A program made the position numbers and the translations under genes. A stretch of 64,000 nucleotides of DNA from Octopus vulgaris (taxonomy: Eukaryota). The stretch lies in the NCBI GenBank assembly GCA_951406725.2, contig OX597820.1, forward strand, positions 120,404,001 to 120,468,000, in the 5' to 3' direction. Position 1 is the stretch's first letter, and every line of letters begins with the position of its first letter. The notes below the pieces were generated by a model. The model saw nothing but the letters and a program-made list of their open reading frames with translations, was not told the origin of the DNA and did no database searches. Positions 13,425 to 28,691 of this stretch are shown here, piece by piece.

Positions 13425-13598
13425 CTGAGAATTTACCAAAAGACAAAAGTCGAAGACGGGTGTTTAAATAACAAACTGATATATTAGTTTAACACAGGGA
13501 AATGAGAAAGTCTTTTACGATTCGTGCTTACGCTCTTCGACAAAAAGGAACCCAAAAATAAACGGAGAGAAAACAGAAAAAGGCTTAGTAGCTAGCGA
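13425..13598 (-). mobile_element. PLE-type terminal repeat copy (same family as 1-113)
   Basis: Reverse complement contains TTGTCGAAGAGCGTAAGCACGAATCGTAAAAG (decayed hammerhead motif). Confidence 0.55.
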
Positions 13599-13623
13599 AT
13601 GTATATGTATATATATATAGTAA

Positions 13624-13940
13624 GGGCGCGTGGCTTAGTGGTTAGGGCATTCGGCTCATGATCGTAAGGTTGTGAGTTCGATTCCCGGCGACGCGTTGTG
13701 TCCTTGAGCAAGACACTTTATTTCACGTTGCTCCAGTCCACTCAGCTGGCAAAAATGAGTTGTGCTTGTATTTCAAAGGGTCAGCCTTGTCACTCTCTGT
13801 GTCACGCTGATTATCCCCGAGAACTACGTTAAGGGTACACGTGTCTGTGGAATGCTCAGCCATTTGCACGTTAATTTCACGAGCAAGCTGTTCCGTTGAT
13901 CGTATCAGCTGGGACCCTCGTCGTCGTAACCGGCGGAGTC
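13624..13940 (+). mobile_element. tRNA-derived SINE, family D
   Basis: GGCGCGTGGCTTAGTGGTTAGGG (A box), GAGTTCGATTCCC (B box), shared core TTTCACGTTGCTCCAGTCCACTCAGCTGGC. Confidence 0.8.
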
Positions 13941-13946
13941 TTTAAA

Positions 13947-13976
<30 letters not shown>

Positions 13977-13979
<3 letters not shown>

Positions 13980-14330
13980 ACTGCAGCGTGGAAGGTGTTT
14001 ATAAGCCTTTTAAGAAACACACAAAAGCCGTTCGATTCACTCCAACATTTAAGTTTAATTTGTCAAAATATTTTCGTCGCTAAAATCCGCGACCTGTTCA
14101 CTGACAAAGTCCATGCTGCATCTCAGAGATGCAGCACGGACTTTGTCAGTGAACAGGTCGCGGATTTTAGCGACGAAAATATTTTGACAAATTAAACTTA
14201 AATGTTGGAGTGAATCGAACGGCTTTTTGTGTGTTTCTTAAATGGCTTATAAACACCTTCCACGCTGCAATTGTTTTCGTTTCAGCACACAATCTCAGAT
14301 CAAATTACTTGCTATGCGAGTACATCTCCG

Positions 14331-14333
<3 letters not shown>
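13977..14333 (+). mobile_element. Fold-back PLE-type terminal repeat: ~298-bp palindrome (13977-14274, centre 14125) plus a 3' tail, inside (TA)n
   Basis: Arms are near-perfect reverse complements; a single-armed relative lies at 48235-48440. Confidence 0.8.
14142..14191 (+). ncRNA. Minimal hammerhead-like motif, G3-C8 variant (mirror copy on minus at ~14059-14108)
   Basis: TTTGTCA-GTGAACA-G-GTCGC-GGATTTTA-GCGAC-GAAA-ATATTT-TGACAAA: 7-bp stem I, 5-bp stem II, palindromic stem III. Confidence 0.55.
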
Positions 14334-14387
<54 letters not shown>

Positions 14388-14429
14388 TATATAGTGTATA
14401 TGTATATATATATATACATACATACATAC

Positions 14430-14469
<40 letters not shown>

Positions 14470-14483
14470 TATTATATAGAAGG

Positions 14484-14534
14484 AGCTTCTACAGGACTAG
14501 TACTGTTTCATTCAAGAGAAATCTTCAGGAAGCT
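14484..14534 (-). ncRNA. Type I hammerhead ribozyme motif (left arm of the inverted repeat)
   Basis: Exact reverse complement of 17691-17741. Confidence 0.65.
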
Positions 14535-14872
14535 ATTTAACAAGAATTGTATTAGCATTTATACATTTAGGCAGGTTTAAAGGAGTGGTGGTGGGGGACT
14601 TTTTTGGGGGTAGGCATAGCGCAAAATATCATACTTGGGGGAGTGGTCAAGGAGTCAGTGGTAAGTTAGATGAAAGAATAGATAAATAAAAAAATAAAAA
14701 AATAAAAAAATAAAAAAATAAAAAAATAAAAAAAATAAAAAATATATATATAAAAAATATATATATAAAAAAAGTATATATATAAAAAAAGGGGGGATAG
14801 AGTTATAGGTAAATAAGGAGATTCTCACTTATACCTATACACATATGTATACGTATCTACACACACATATAT

Positions 14873-14914
<42 letters not shown>

Positions 14915-15212
14915 ATATATACACATATACATACATATCTACATACACACATACATACACCCGCCCACATATACAAATTTATACACATGCACATGCATAT
15001 ACCTGTCTACACATACACACACGTATATATGCATACACTCACTCCCATGCATGCACGCATACACACATGTATATATATACCCACGACCACACATACATAT
15101 ATACACAGAAAAATATATATTCATACGCACATACACTCATGCACACACAACACACCTAGTTCCCTATATACACATATTTACACCTATATATACATACACC
15201 CACATACACACA

Positions 15213-15258
<46 letters not shown>

Positions 15259-15357
15259 CACGCATACATATATATACATGTGTGCACATACATACATATA
15301 CACATATACATACACACACACATACACATGTGTACCTATACATACCTACACATACAC

Positions 15358-15408
<51 letters not shown>

Positions 15409-15799
15409 CCAATACAGGCCCATTCCCTAATTTTAATTTTATTATCTTCATTTATTACTTTTGTTATCTTTGATCGCTAGAGCTAAGGATCCTGGCTATG
15501 GCAGCATGTCCATTTGTCTGTCTACTAGAAGGCAAGTACTCATTCCCGCACGCACACTCATTAGCACGTACATTCACCCATTCGTACACTCATACACATA
15601 CACGTACGCACGCGTTATATTCATACATACAAACATCTACATACGTTCACGTATATACACATACGTACTCGTACCTACAGGTTCGTGTCTACACTTTAGG
15701 AGGCTAGTCTATACATATACACCAATAAATATACATATATATATATATATACACATATACATACACACGCACACATATACTCCTACATACAGATACATA

Positions 15800-15859
<60 letters not shown>

Positions 15860-16061
15860 CATACACATACACACATATATATACACACACATACATACAC
15901 ATATATATACATACACAAACATATATACACACATATATATATATACACACATACACACACATACATACATATACACACAAACACATACATACGTATACAT
16001 ACATACATACATCCATACATCCATACTTACATGCATTTATACGCATACACACACCCCCATC

Positions 16062-16092
<31 letters not shown>

Positions 16093-16832
16093 TCACACAT
16101 ACATATACAAATATACGCACACACATACATACATACACGTATACACATACACGCACATACACATATACATGTGTACCCATACACGTGCACACACGCACGT
16201 GCATCCATATATATACACACACACACATATATACACGTGTGCAAGCATACATACATACTCATACACGCACACATACTTACATATACATATATGCACACAC
16301 TTACACACATATATACATACACATATACATGCATACATACATATATGCATACATACACATACACGCACATACACATATACATGCGTACCCATACACGTGC
16401 ACACACGCACGCGCATCCATATATATACACACACACGTGCGTATGTATCTGTATGTAGGAGTATATGTGTGCGTGTGTATGTATATGTGTATATATATAT
16501 ATATATGTATATTTATTGGTGTATATGTATAGACTAGCCTCCTAAAGTGTAGACACGAACCTGTAGGTACGAGTACGTATGTGTATATACGTGAACGTAT
16601 GTAGATGTTTGTATGTATGAATATAACGCGTGCGTACGTGTATGTGTATGAGTGTACGAATGGGTGAATGTACGTGCTAATGAGTGTGCGTGCGGGAATG
16701 AGTACTTGCCTTCTAGTAGACAGACAAATGGACATGCTGCCATAGCCAGGATCCTTAGCTCTAGCGATCAAAGATAACAAAAGTAATAAATGAAGATAAT
16801 AAAATTAAAATTAGGGAATGGGCCTGTATTGG

Positions 16833-16883
<51 letters not shown>

Positions 16884-16982
16884 GTGTATGTGTAGGTATG
16901 TATAGGTACACATGTGTATGTGTGTGTGTATGTATATGTGTATATGTATGTATGTGCACACATGTATATATATGTATGCGTG

Positions 16983-17030
<48 letters not shown>

Positions 17031-17327
17031 TGTGTGTATGTGGGTGTATGTATATATAGGTGTAAATATGTGTATATAGGGAACTAGGTGTGTTGTGTGT
17101 GCATGAGTGTATGTGCGTATGAATATATATTTTTCTGTGTATATATGTATGTGTGGTCGTGGGTATATATATACATGTGTGTATGCGTGCATGCATGGGA
17201 GTGAGTGTATGCATATATACGTGTGTGTATGTGTAGACAGGTATATGCATGTGCATGTGTATAAATTTGTATATGTGGGCGGGTGTATGTATGTGTGTAT
17301 GTAGATATGTATGTATATGTGTATATA

Positions 17328-17362
<35 letters not shown>

Positions 17363-17690
17363 GTGTATATATGTGTGTGTAGATACGTATACATATGTGT
17401 ATAGGTATAAGTGAGAATCTCCTTATTTACCTATAACTCTATCCCCCCTATTTTTATATATATATTTTTATATATATATTTTTTATATATATTTTTTATT
17501 TTTTTATTTTTTTATTATTTTATTTTTTTATTTTTTTATTTATCTATTCTTTCATCTAGCTTACCACTGACTCCTTGACCACTCCCCCAAGTATGATATT
17601 TTGCGCTATGCCTACCCCCAAAAAAGTCCCCCACCACCACTCCTTTAAACCTGCCTAAATGTATAAATGCTAATACAATTCTTGTTAAAT

Positions 17691-17741
17691 AGCTTCCTGA
17701 AGATTTCTCTTGAATGAAACAGTACTAGTCCTGTAGAAGCT
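17691..17741 (+). ncRNA. Type I hammerhead ribozyme motif (right arm of the inverted repeat)
   Basis: AGCTTC-CTGAAGA-TTTCTCTTGAAT-GAAACAG-TACTAGTC-CTGTA|GAAGCT: 6-bp stem I, intact core, 4-bp stem III, GUA triplet; stem II is weak. Confidence 0.65.
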
Positions 17742-17824
17742 CCTTCTATATAATAAATTAATTTTACTCTGCTATGTATTGAGTACCTTACTTACTGTGG
17801 TTAACCCCGAATCAACCCGGGACC

Positions 17825-17863
<39 letters not shown>

Positions 17864-17962
17864 GTATGTATGTATATGGGTTTGTCAAAATTATATACAT
17901 CTCATGGTTGCACAACCTCTAACTTATATCTTGTTTCATATATATATATATATATATATATA

Positions 17963-19370
<1,408 letters not shown>

Positions 19371-19641
19371 TAGATATATATACACACACACACATACAAA
19401 GACAAATTGATAGATACAACTGAGTGGGCAAACAAAAATATGAGACATGGCCTAGTGCGTTTTTGATAAGCCTGGTACTTATTCTATTAGTTTGTTCTTG
19501 TGAAACCAATAAGTTGTGTGAATGTAAATAAATGAACAGCAGTTGTGAAGCAATGATAAGGGCTAAACACAGAGACAAAGACACACACATACACTTACAT
19601 ATATACATATATATATATACGATTGATTTGTTTTAGTTCCT

Positions 19642-22334
19642 GGCATCCTTTTTGTCTCGGTAGACAATGGCGTTGCGCATAAAATAATCTAGTCCGGCTT
19701 TTACATTTCATGTCCTAATACATCTCCTGCTGTGGCTGTGTAGTCCTATCCTGGACAAACACTCCCTGTGACAGGTGCCGCAAATGTAGTGAAGACTTTG
19801 CTTGGCTGGTTGTAATGTCATAGTTTCTTGTTGACGTATTTTCTTGTCTTTCCATTTCTCCTCTCTCTCTATGTCAAACCTTTGAGTTCCCTTTTTTACG
19901 GTACGCCGCCAATCTCCCCGGTTGCTGGCAACTGTTTCCCAGTAGGTAATATTGATGTTGCAGGAATTCATGTCTCTTTTGCAAACATCCTTGTATCGTA
20001 AGAACGGTCTTCCCACAGACCTAGTGCCCCTAGCAAGCTCTCCGTTGAATATGTTCTTGGGGATTCTGCCATCTTCCATACGGCTAACATGTCCAAGCCA
20101 TCTCAGATGTCTTTGTGTGAGGAGTGCAAACATGCTTGCTATTCCTGCTTGCTTGAGGACATCTTTGTTGGGGACATGATTCTGCCATTTGATAAGAAGG
20201 ATTTTTCGGAGGCAGCGCAGGTGAAAGATATTTAGGCGACGCTCTTGGCGTTTATATGGCGTCAAAATCTCACTTCCATACAGTAGAGTGCTAAGTACAC
20301 ATGCCTGGTAAATCTTCATTTTTGTGGTTCTGGTCAGCTTATTGTTGTCCCATACCCGTTTGGAAAGTTGGGCCATCACAGCAGCTGCCTTGCCAATGCG
20401 TATATTGAGCGCAGCATCAATAGATAGGTTGTAGGTGACGGTAGAGTCAAGATAGATAATCTTCTCCACCTCCTGTAGTCTGTGGTCCCCAATATTTATG
20501 TTTGGGATGTCCGATGTAGCCTGACCCATGATGTTGGGCTTCTTGAGACTGATAACTAAGCCAAAGTTGCCACATGCTTGCGCAAAATAGTTGATGAGCC
20601 TTTGTAGGGCTTATTCTGTGTGTAATACCGGAGCGGCATCATCAGCAAATAACATCTCCTTGATCAGAACGCTTCTGATTTTGGTCTTGGCACGCAGGCG
20701 CGAGAGGTTGAACAGTTTCCTATCACTTCTACTGTGCAGAAACACTCCATCATCTGATGTCTCAAAGGCATGTGACAGCAGCAGCGAGAGGAAGATGCCA
20801 AATAATGTAGGAGTAAGGGCCCCATTTTTTATTTGGAAGGTGGCTGAGGTTGAACCATTGTGTTGTATGGTGCCTTGCATATCATCATGGAAAGATTTGA
20901 TGATCCTCGGCAGCTTTGGTGGATATCCGATGTTTTGGAGCAGGATGAAGACGCCTTTTCTACTTACCAAGTCAAAGGCCTTTGTCAGATCAATGAAGGC
21001 CATATATAATGCCATTTTCTGCTCTCTGGACTTCTCCTGAAGTTGGTGTACGGAGAATATCATGTCAATATTTGATCTGCATCTTCTAAAGCCATACTAC
21101 TATACTGGATAAATTCAAGAAGCAAGCAGTTGCAGCCTGGACAGGATAATGCGAGCAAAGGCATTTCCAACAGTGCTTATAAGAGATATTCCACGGCAAT
21201 TGTTACAATGACCACGGTCACCTTTGTTTTTGTAAAGCGTAATGATATTAGCATCCCGCATATCCTGAGGGACTGTACTCTTTTCCCAGCACTGACACAG
21301 AAGCTCATGAATGTGCCGAAGGAGGATGGTGTTTTTCCGGTTTTGATGATGTCTAAAGGGATGCCGTCTTTAACCGGAGCCTTGTTATTTGCTAGGGAGT
21401 CAATAGCCTTGGTGAGCTCTGCTATAGATGGCAGACTGTCAAGTTCACACATGACTGGCAAGATCTTGACACCCTCGATTGCAGCCTCAGCTACCGTGGT
21501 CTCCCGTGAGTAGAGATCCTGGTAGTACTCCACCCATCTATCCATTTGCTTGCTTTGGTCCTTGATGAGATCTCCAGTAGTTGATTTCAGAGGGGCTGAT
21601 TTGGCTGCGGATGGACCGAGGGCCTTCTTCAAACAGGCATACATCCCACGGGTGTCGCCACTGTCAGCAGCTGACTAGATACTCTGACAGATTTCCTGTC
21701 AATACCTATTTGCACAGCGTCTGGCAGTCAGTTGGGTTTTATTTCTTGCCTTTCTGAGCTCTTCGTGTGACTTTGTAGAAGAATAACTCTTGTATTCCAT
21801 CAGAGCTGCACGCTTTGCTTCGATAACTGTTTCCAGCTCTGAGAGCCCAGCACTGAACCAATCTGGGTTTTGCCTTTCTCTCATGCCGAAAGTATATATT
21901 GATGTGGTATACAAAGCTTCCCTGATATAATTCCACCTACTTTCAGCAGAGGAGGCTGGGCAGCTACTGAGGGCAACCTTGATAGAAACAGCAAAACATT
22001 GTCGTAGTGTAGGGTCCGAGGTTCTGGCAGTGTTAATGCGTGGTCGGCCCATTTTCTTGGACTTTTTTAGGCAGAATCCTCACCCTGCTTCTTATTAGTG
22101 AGTGGTCTGTGTCACAATCCGCGCTGTGGTAACTGCGGGTCAGTAGTACAGAATTCAGAAATGATCTCCGTGTAATGATGAGATCCAGCTGATGCCAGTG
22201 GTCAGAGCTTGATGTCTCCAAGATGCATTGTGGGATGTCTTGTTGGCAAAGAATATGTTAGTGATGCACAGGTTATGGTATGTTCAAAATGCAAGTAGTC
22301 TCTGACCATTGTCATCCATGTTGCCAATACCAAA
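19642..22334 (-). mobile_element. RTE-clade LINE, 5'-truncated and frameshifted (APE endonuclease C-terminus, RT, C-terminal zinc finger)
   Basis: WHQLDLIITRR...HSADCDTDHSLI (APE); MIFSVHQLQEKSREQ...AFIDLTKAFDLVSR and LFADD (RT); CGTCHRECLSRIGLHSH; 3' stem-loop GTCTACCGAGAC. Confidence 0.95.
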
Positions 22335-22352
22335 ACACATACACTTACATAT

Positions 22353-22400
<48 letters not shown>

Positions 22401-22432
22401 GATTCATTTGTTTCAGTTCCTGTCTACGAAAT

Positions 22433-22535
<103 letters not shown>

Positions 22536-23389
22536 CACACACATACACAAAGATAAATTGATATATACAACTGAGTGGGCAAACAAAAATATGAAACACT
22601 GCGTAGTGATGTTTTTATATTTTGATAAGCTTGGTAATTATTCCATCAGTTTTTTTCTTGTGAAACCAGTAAGTTATGGGGATGTAAATAAACGAACACC
22701 AGTTGTGAAGCAGTGATGAGGGAGAAACACAAAGACATACACATAGACTTACATATATACATACATATACATACAATTGATTTCTTTCAGTTTCTGTCTA
22801 CGTGCACGTATGTATGTATGTAATGTATGTATGTATGTAATGTTTGTATGTATGTATGTATGTATGTATGTATGTATGTATGTATGTATGTGTGTATGTA
22901 GGTATGGATGGAGGTAGTTAGAGGTAAATTGAGAGACACAGGCTGATACATAGACGTACAGATATTATACGCGTTATATTCATGAGCAGAAATACGTGTT
23001 GGAATAATTCAATATAAGTTTTTCTTAATATGTAATTCAATATATCTCCCTCTAAATGTATAAATATCAAATCATATGTATCTGTGAATTATACAGATTG
23101 CTTTATTTCATCTATTCAATAGATATTTGAGGTCAATTAAAAAGGCCATAAATACGAAAAAAAAAAATGAAAAAATCTCAACTAAGGAATTATTGAGACT
23201 AACAAAGCTTCAAATATAAATGTTATTCTGAATTATAAAATATTGGTCATCTTTTCAAGTGAAAGTCTTATTAAAAACGATACTCGGTAAATTAAGTTAG
23301 GTTCTTTTGCAGGAAATACAAATACACAAAGAAATGAATGTGAAAAGTTAGGAAGCATGAGTGGCTGTGTGGTAGGTGCAGAAAAGTTA

Positions 23390-23807
23390 GGCGCAGGAGT
23401 GTCTGTGTGGTAAGTAGCTTGTTAACCAACCACATGGTTCTGGGTTCAGTCCCACTGCGTGGCATTTTGGGCAAATGTCTTCTGCTATAGCCCCGGGCCG
23501 ACCAATGCCTTGTGAGTGGATTTGGTAGACGGAAACTGAAAGAAGCCTGTCGTATATACGTATACATATATATATATATGTATGTATGTTTGTGTGTCTG
23601 TGTTTGTCCCCCTAGCATTGCTTGACAACCGATGCTGGTGTGTTTACGTCCCCGTCACTTAGCGGTTCGGCAAAAGAGACCGATAGAATAAGTACTTGGG
23701 CTTACAAAGAATAAGTCCCGGGGTCGATTTGCCCGACTAAAGGCGGTGCTCCTGCATGGCCGCAGTCAAATGACTGAAACAAGTAAAAGAGTAAAAGAGT
23801 AAAGAGT
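23390..23807 (+). mobile_element. SINE family A
   Basis: Full-length match to 706-1093; short duplicated head at ~23351-23376. Confidence 0.9.
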
Positions 23808-24027
23808 AAGCATAAGGAAAAGTTTCTTGTGTCGTTGTAATGATTGGAAAAGGAAATGTTGAATGTTGATGTAAAATGGAGAACGTCTGACGAGATTGTA
23901 AGGAGGATCCTGTCTGCATCTTTCCTCTATTTTCGAATTACAATCTGCGTTCATATCTATCCATTGCAGACGTTCGGCCTACCAATCGCTGAGAGCAAAT
24001 AAATTAATATCAATTAAGCAATATCAT

Positions 24028-24194
24028 GGCGCAGGAGTGGCTGTGTGGTAAGTAGCTTGCTTACGAACCACATGGTTCTGGGTTCAGTCACATGGTTCTA
24101 CGTGGCACCTTGGGCAAGTGTCTTCCACTATAGGCTCGGGCCGACCAAAGCCTTGTGAGTGAATTTGGTAGACGGAAACTGAAAGAAGCCCGTC

Positions 24195-24266
<72 letters not shown>

Positions 24267-24269
24267 ACA

Positions 24270-24306
<37 letters not shown>

Positions 24307-24509
24307 GTATGTGTTTGTGTGTGTTTGTCCCCACAACATCGCTTGACAACCGATGCTGGTGTGTTTACGTCCCCGTAACTTAGCGGTTCGGCAAAAGAGA
24401 CCGATAGAATAAGTACTAGGCTTACAAAGAATAAGTCCTGGGGCCGATTTGTTCGACTAAAGGCGGTGCTCCAGCATGGCCACAATCAAAGGACTGAAAC
24501 AAGTAAAAG
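24028..24509 (+). mobile_element. SINE family A
   Basis: Full-length copy with an expanded internal (TA)n. Confidence 0.9.
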
Positions 24510-26551
24510 TGTAAGATTTAGAAAATTGATAAAATTGACCAAAAAATGCAGCTGAATACTTACAATTGATTCACTTCTCTTCTACGTATTACTGGATATT
24601 GCTTTCTTAACCCTTGGTTCATGGAGTGAAAAGTCGTCCCATGGTAGATGTCACATTACGAACTATTCATCAACGCTTAGAAAATATGATATTAGTCTGT
24701 GAAAATACATGATTGTAAACGGATATTTACAAATAAGCTATGAAAGCTGCATGAAACGACATATTTTCACAAATCTTAAAGAAACTGGACACAGATTATC
24801 TTGGTTTCTCTTGCGACAGTCATATTATCTAATATATATAGCGCGACATTTCTTGAAGTGCATTTTTTAGTGAATTTTATTATTCTGCATGTCAGTTCAA
24901 ATGGCTACCGACGAACTTCTTGGATGGAAATTCTTTAGTACATTTTCTACGATGGTCAGCGTATTGTAACAACACCAGTCTATCTAAAGATTTAGTGTTT
25001 GTCTTTTTTGGAAATAATATCATTAATATCAACACCATTTCACAGAAAATTTCGAAGAGGACAAAAATTATAATGAATCGAGTGCTAAAGAGCCAGAGTT
25101 CTTTCACAATTTGCAGAAAAACAATGTCAATGAGAAAAACGTTAACATCATGTTTAAAAGATGCACCACATTTTCCTCACAATATTTTGAGATATATCTG
25201 TAGAGGTAAATGCAATGCAACATTTAAGCAGAGTTAATGCTCAGATATATTGCAACAAAGAACGCCAAAATGTCTGTGAAAACTATCAATGCCACCTTAA
25301 CTTAAACTAAACCTATCACAAACGAAATGTTATTGCACGCCACGAAAACTACCGAATGCATACATATACACAATCACACCGAAACACTCACAGATATACA
25401 TATACAGATGTGTGTCTATGTCTGTGTGTCTATGTGTGTAAAAAGACACGAGCACATATAGCATCATACAAAGGACTCTCCAACTACGACACTGCTAATG
25501 TGTTGCCATTGACGAAATTGAAGAGAAAGTCAATAGAACATCGACTGCAACCATTTCTGAAACAACGATTTATATATTAGTCTCTCCCTATCACCCTACA
25601 CAACACATCTCTAACACTAGAATATTTATTTATATAAGGTTCCGTGGGTTCACTTCATATCTTCCTTCATAGTTTACACGTTCTGCATCTTCTTTCCTTT
25701 ATAATAATCTATATGAAAGAAAAAATGGCATTTTCAGATACATAACAGTCTTTATTTGCAACTGAGAACTGAATACTGTCAATTGAATTGGTGCCAGATC
25801 AGATTGAAGATATTTGGGGAATTTTGCCAAATCTACAAGAATAATGAACGGTTCTATTCAACACTAAACTTACGAGAGAGCCACATTTTAACATTTAGAT
25901 TTACATCAATATAACTAAATGTTTTTATGCTAGAGAATATGTGTTATAACTCGCAAACACACAATTAGCATGAACATATATACAGTCACACACAAACATA
26001 CACAGCCACCAAAGCTTGCACATATATGATCATATGAAAATATACTTGTGTTTACATAGACAGAAGCATTCATTCCTGCGTGTGTGTTTGTGTGTGTGTG
26101 TGAATGTTTGTGTGTGTGTGTGTGTTTGTGTGTGTGTGTGAATGTCTGTGTGTGTGTATGTATAAATAGATGTATAGAGAGATATATAGATATACACGAG
26201 CATATTACTAAAAAAAGTATATATTCGCATATGGAAAATATATAATCATTTCCAAGCAAGCAGTCACATATATGCATAAGTATATATATATATGTGTGTG
26301 TGTGTGGGTGGGTGGGTGTGGTTGTGGGTGTATGTATATCCAACTCTCTCTCTCTCTGTATATACATACATACATATATATATATATATGAGGTTATATG
26401 TGCTAGTGTCTTTTTACACACAGACACACAGACATAGACACACACACACATATGTATGTATGTATATATATATATATATGTATATCCCTTGTTGACAATA
26501 TATATATAATTATATATATATTATTTATATATATATATATGTATGCATATG

Positions 26552-26629
<78 letters not shown>

Positions 26630-27174
26630 CCTTATTGACAACAAGTATTTATAACCAGTCGAGTGAACGTGAAATAATTTATGTATTTTTAGGGTTGGAT
26701 ATGTGTATATGTATATGAGCTGAAACTAATTTTCCATTGATAAAATAAACTCATCATCGTCTAAAATTGTTTGGTATATACTGCAAACTATTTTGGATGT
26801 CTACTGGTTCGTGAAAAAAAATCTCTCTGAAATAACGAAATGATAATCACTAACTGATATACTGTGTATAACTTATTTACATATATCCTTCGCATGAAAT
26901 TTCCTCCTCCTAAAGATTGTATAACCATATTAAATGTTAGCATGATGGACAGCCTATAGGAAATACTGGAATATAATTGCAGGGAGCTTTTATAATCATT
27001 TCATTTGACCGATTGAATATCTGGCCGAGGCGGGAATAGTGTAGCAAATTTACCCGTTATATTCCTCGCCATCCTATTGTAATAATATGATTTATATATG
27101 TATGGATGTGAGCAGCGAATTGCCCCTTGGGTAAATGTGTGGAAGCAAAAACGAACAATCTTTTATATTGTGAA

Positions 27175-28035
27175 GTGAGGATAGCAAGCTGGCCTAAAGG
27201 AACTACAAAAGGAGTTTATTTGCTGGACACCATGTGAAAGGTAGGGTCTGGGCCGGGCATCGAAACTGTACAATATAAATCAGTGTGCATTCCTGAGAAC
27301 AATGAATATGATCTAGGATTTTACAATCCAATGAGGGTCTTTAATCGATGTTCGGAGACCCGACATTGTTGTGGTGGATCAAAGGAGAAAAGAAACAAAG
27401 TTCATATATATTGAACGGAAACTAAAAGAAGCCCGTCGTATATGTGTATATATATATATGTATATGCGTGTGTGTATATGTTTATGTTTGTCCCCCCAAC
27501 ATCGCTTGACCACCGATGATGGTGTGTCAGCGTAATCTAGCGTTTCGGCAAAAGAGACCGGTAGAATAAGTACTAGGCTTACAAAGAATAAGTCCTGGGG
27601 TCGATTTGCTCGACTAGAGGCGGTGCCCCAGCATGGCCGCATTCAAATAACTGAAACAAGAAAAAGAAAGTAAAAGTGTGTGATAATCGACATAGCATGT
27701 CCCAGTGTAAACAAGATCAATGTGAAAGAAGAAAATAACAGTGACGATTTAATGTGGCAAATACGAAGGTTGTGGTCAATGAAGAGAGTAGAAGTGATAT
27801 TAATAGTAATTGGTGGAATTGGAAGTATCAGCACTCAACTGCCGACATGGCTGAAAGTGACCGGTGCTAGTGTGAAGGTAGAACACTTACAAAACTCAGT
27901 ATTCCCTCAAAGTGCAAGAATTCTTTGCAGTGTTCTTGAAACATGACCAGTAAACAAGTGCCACCTTGTTCTGTTGGATGTGGACAGCTGACACTTTACA
28001 CCATGCCTAGCGAAATGAGCTGTCAGTTTTCATGT
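27175..28035 (+). mobile_element. R4/NeSL-type non-LTR retrotransposon 3' fragment (restriction-like endonuclease), interrupted by a SINE
   Basis: RRPDIVVVD before the SINE; CVIIDIACP...DLMWQIRRLWSMKRVEVILIVIGGIG...LQNSV...SARIL after it; (AAT)n tail follows. Confidence 0.8.
27413..27674 (+). mobile_element. SINE family A, 5'-truncated, nested in the RLE-type LINE
   Basis: Begins at ACGGAAACTAAAAGAAGCC; family tail present. Confidence 0.85.
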
Positions 28036-28048
28036 AATAATAATGATG

Positions 28049-28119
<71 letters not shown>

Positions 28120-28330
28120 AAGAAGAAGAAGGAGAAGAAGGAGAAGAGGAAGAAGAAGAAGGAGAAGAGGAAAAAGAATAAGGAGATGAAGAAGGAGAAG
28201 AAGGAGAAGAGGAAGGAGAAGGAGAAGAGGAAGGAGAAGAGGAAAAAGAATAAGGAGATGAAGAAGAAGGAGAAGAGGAAGAAGAAGAAGAAGAAGAAGA
28301 AGAAAAGAAGAGCAGCAACAACAACAACAA
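28036..28330. repeat. (AAT)n / (AAG,GAG)n / (CAA)n microsatellite
   Basis: Directly visible. Confidence 0.95.
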
Positions 28331-28691
28331 GGGTTAAAAGTGGAAGAAAATCCTGGTGTATTAGAATTAATATTCTTTTGTGTATAAAAAAATTGCTTGA
28401 GTTTTCTGTAATTGATAATGAGTTTCTTTTTTATTTTTAATTATCGCCTCACAACCATTATTACGAATATGCTAACCTTTTCGGCAGAACTGCACCAGTT
28501 TCAAATGAAGTTGTTTTTTTTTTCTTTATGTTTCAGCTCTGTACGCTACGTAACTTAGGAGTTCGTCAAACAGATTATAAAATGATAACCGGTATGAAAT
28601 GTACTTTTAATGTGGCGATGACTCAATAAAAAAATTGATTGCGATGCCCAGACATACTCTAGGCACAATAATGGGCAGAAGAAAAAATAAT

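Larger units (their letters stand above)
14467..17758. repeat. Long inverted repeat: arms 14467-15800 and 16441-17758, with a 640-bp CA/TA-rich spacer
   Basis: Unique segments (e.g. 14470-14690, 15405-15720) recur as reverse complements (17530-17755, 16520-16836); identical ORFs on opposite strands in the ORF track. Confidence 0.95.

Noticed and set aside
13624-13700. tRNA gene (also the heads at 49288, 50481 and 53737)
   Set aside because: A and B boxes run into SINE bodies; no complete acceptor stem or cloverleaf
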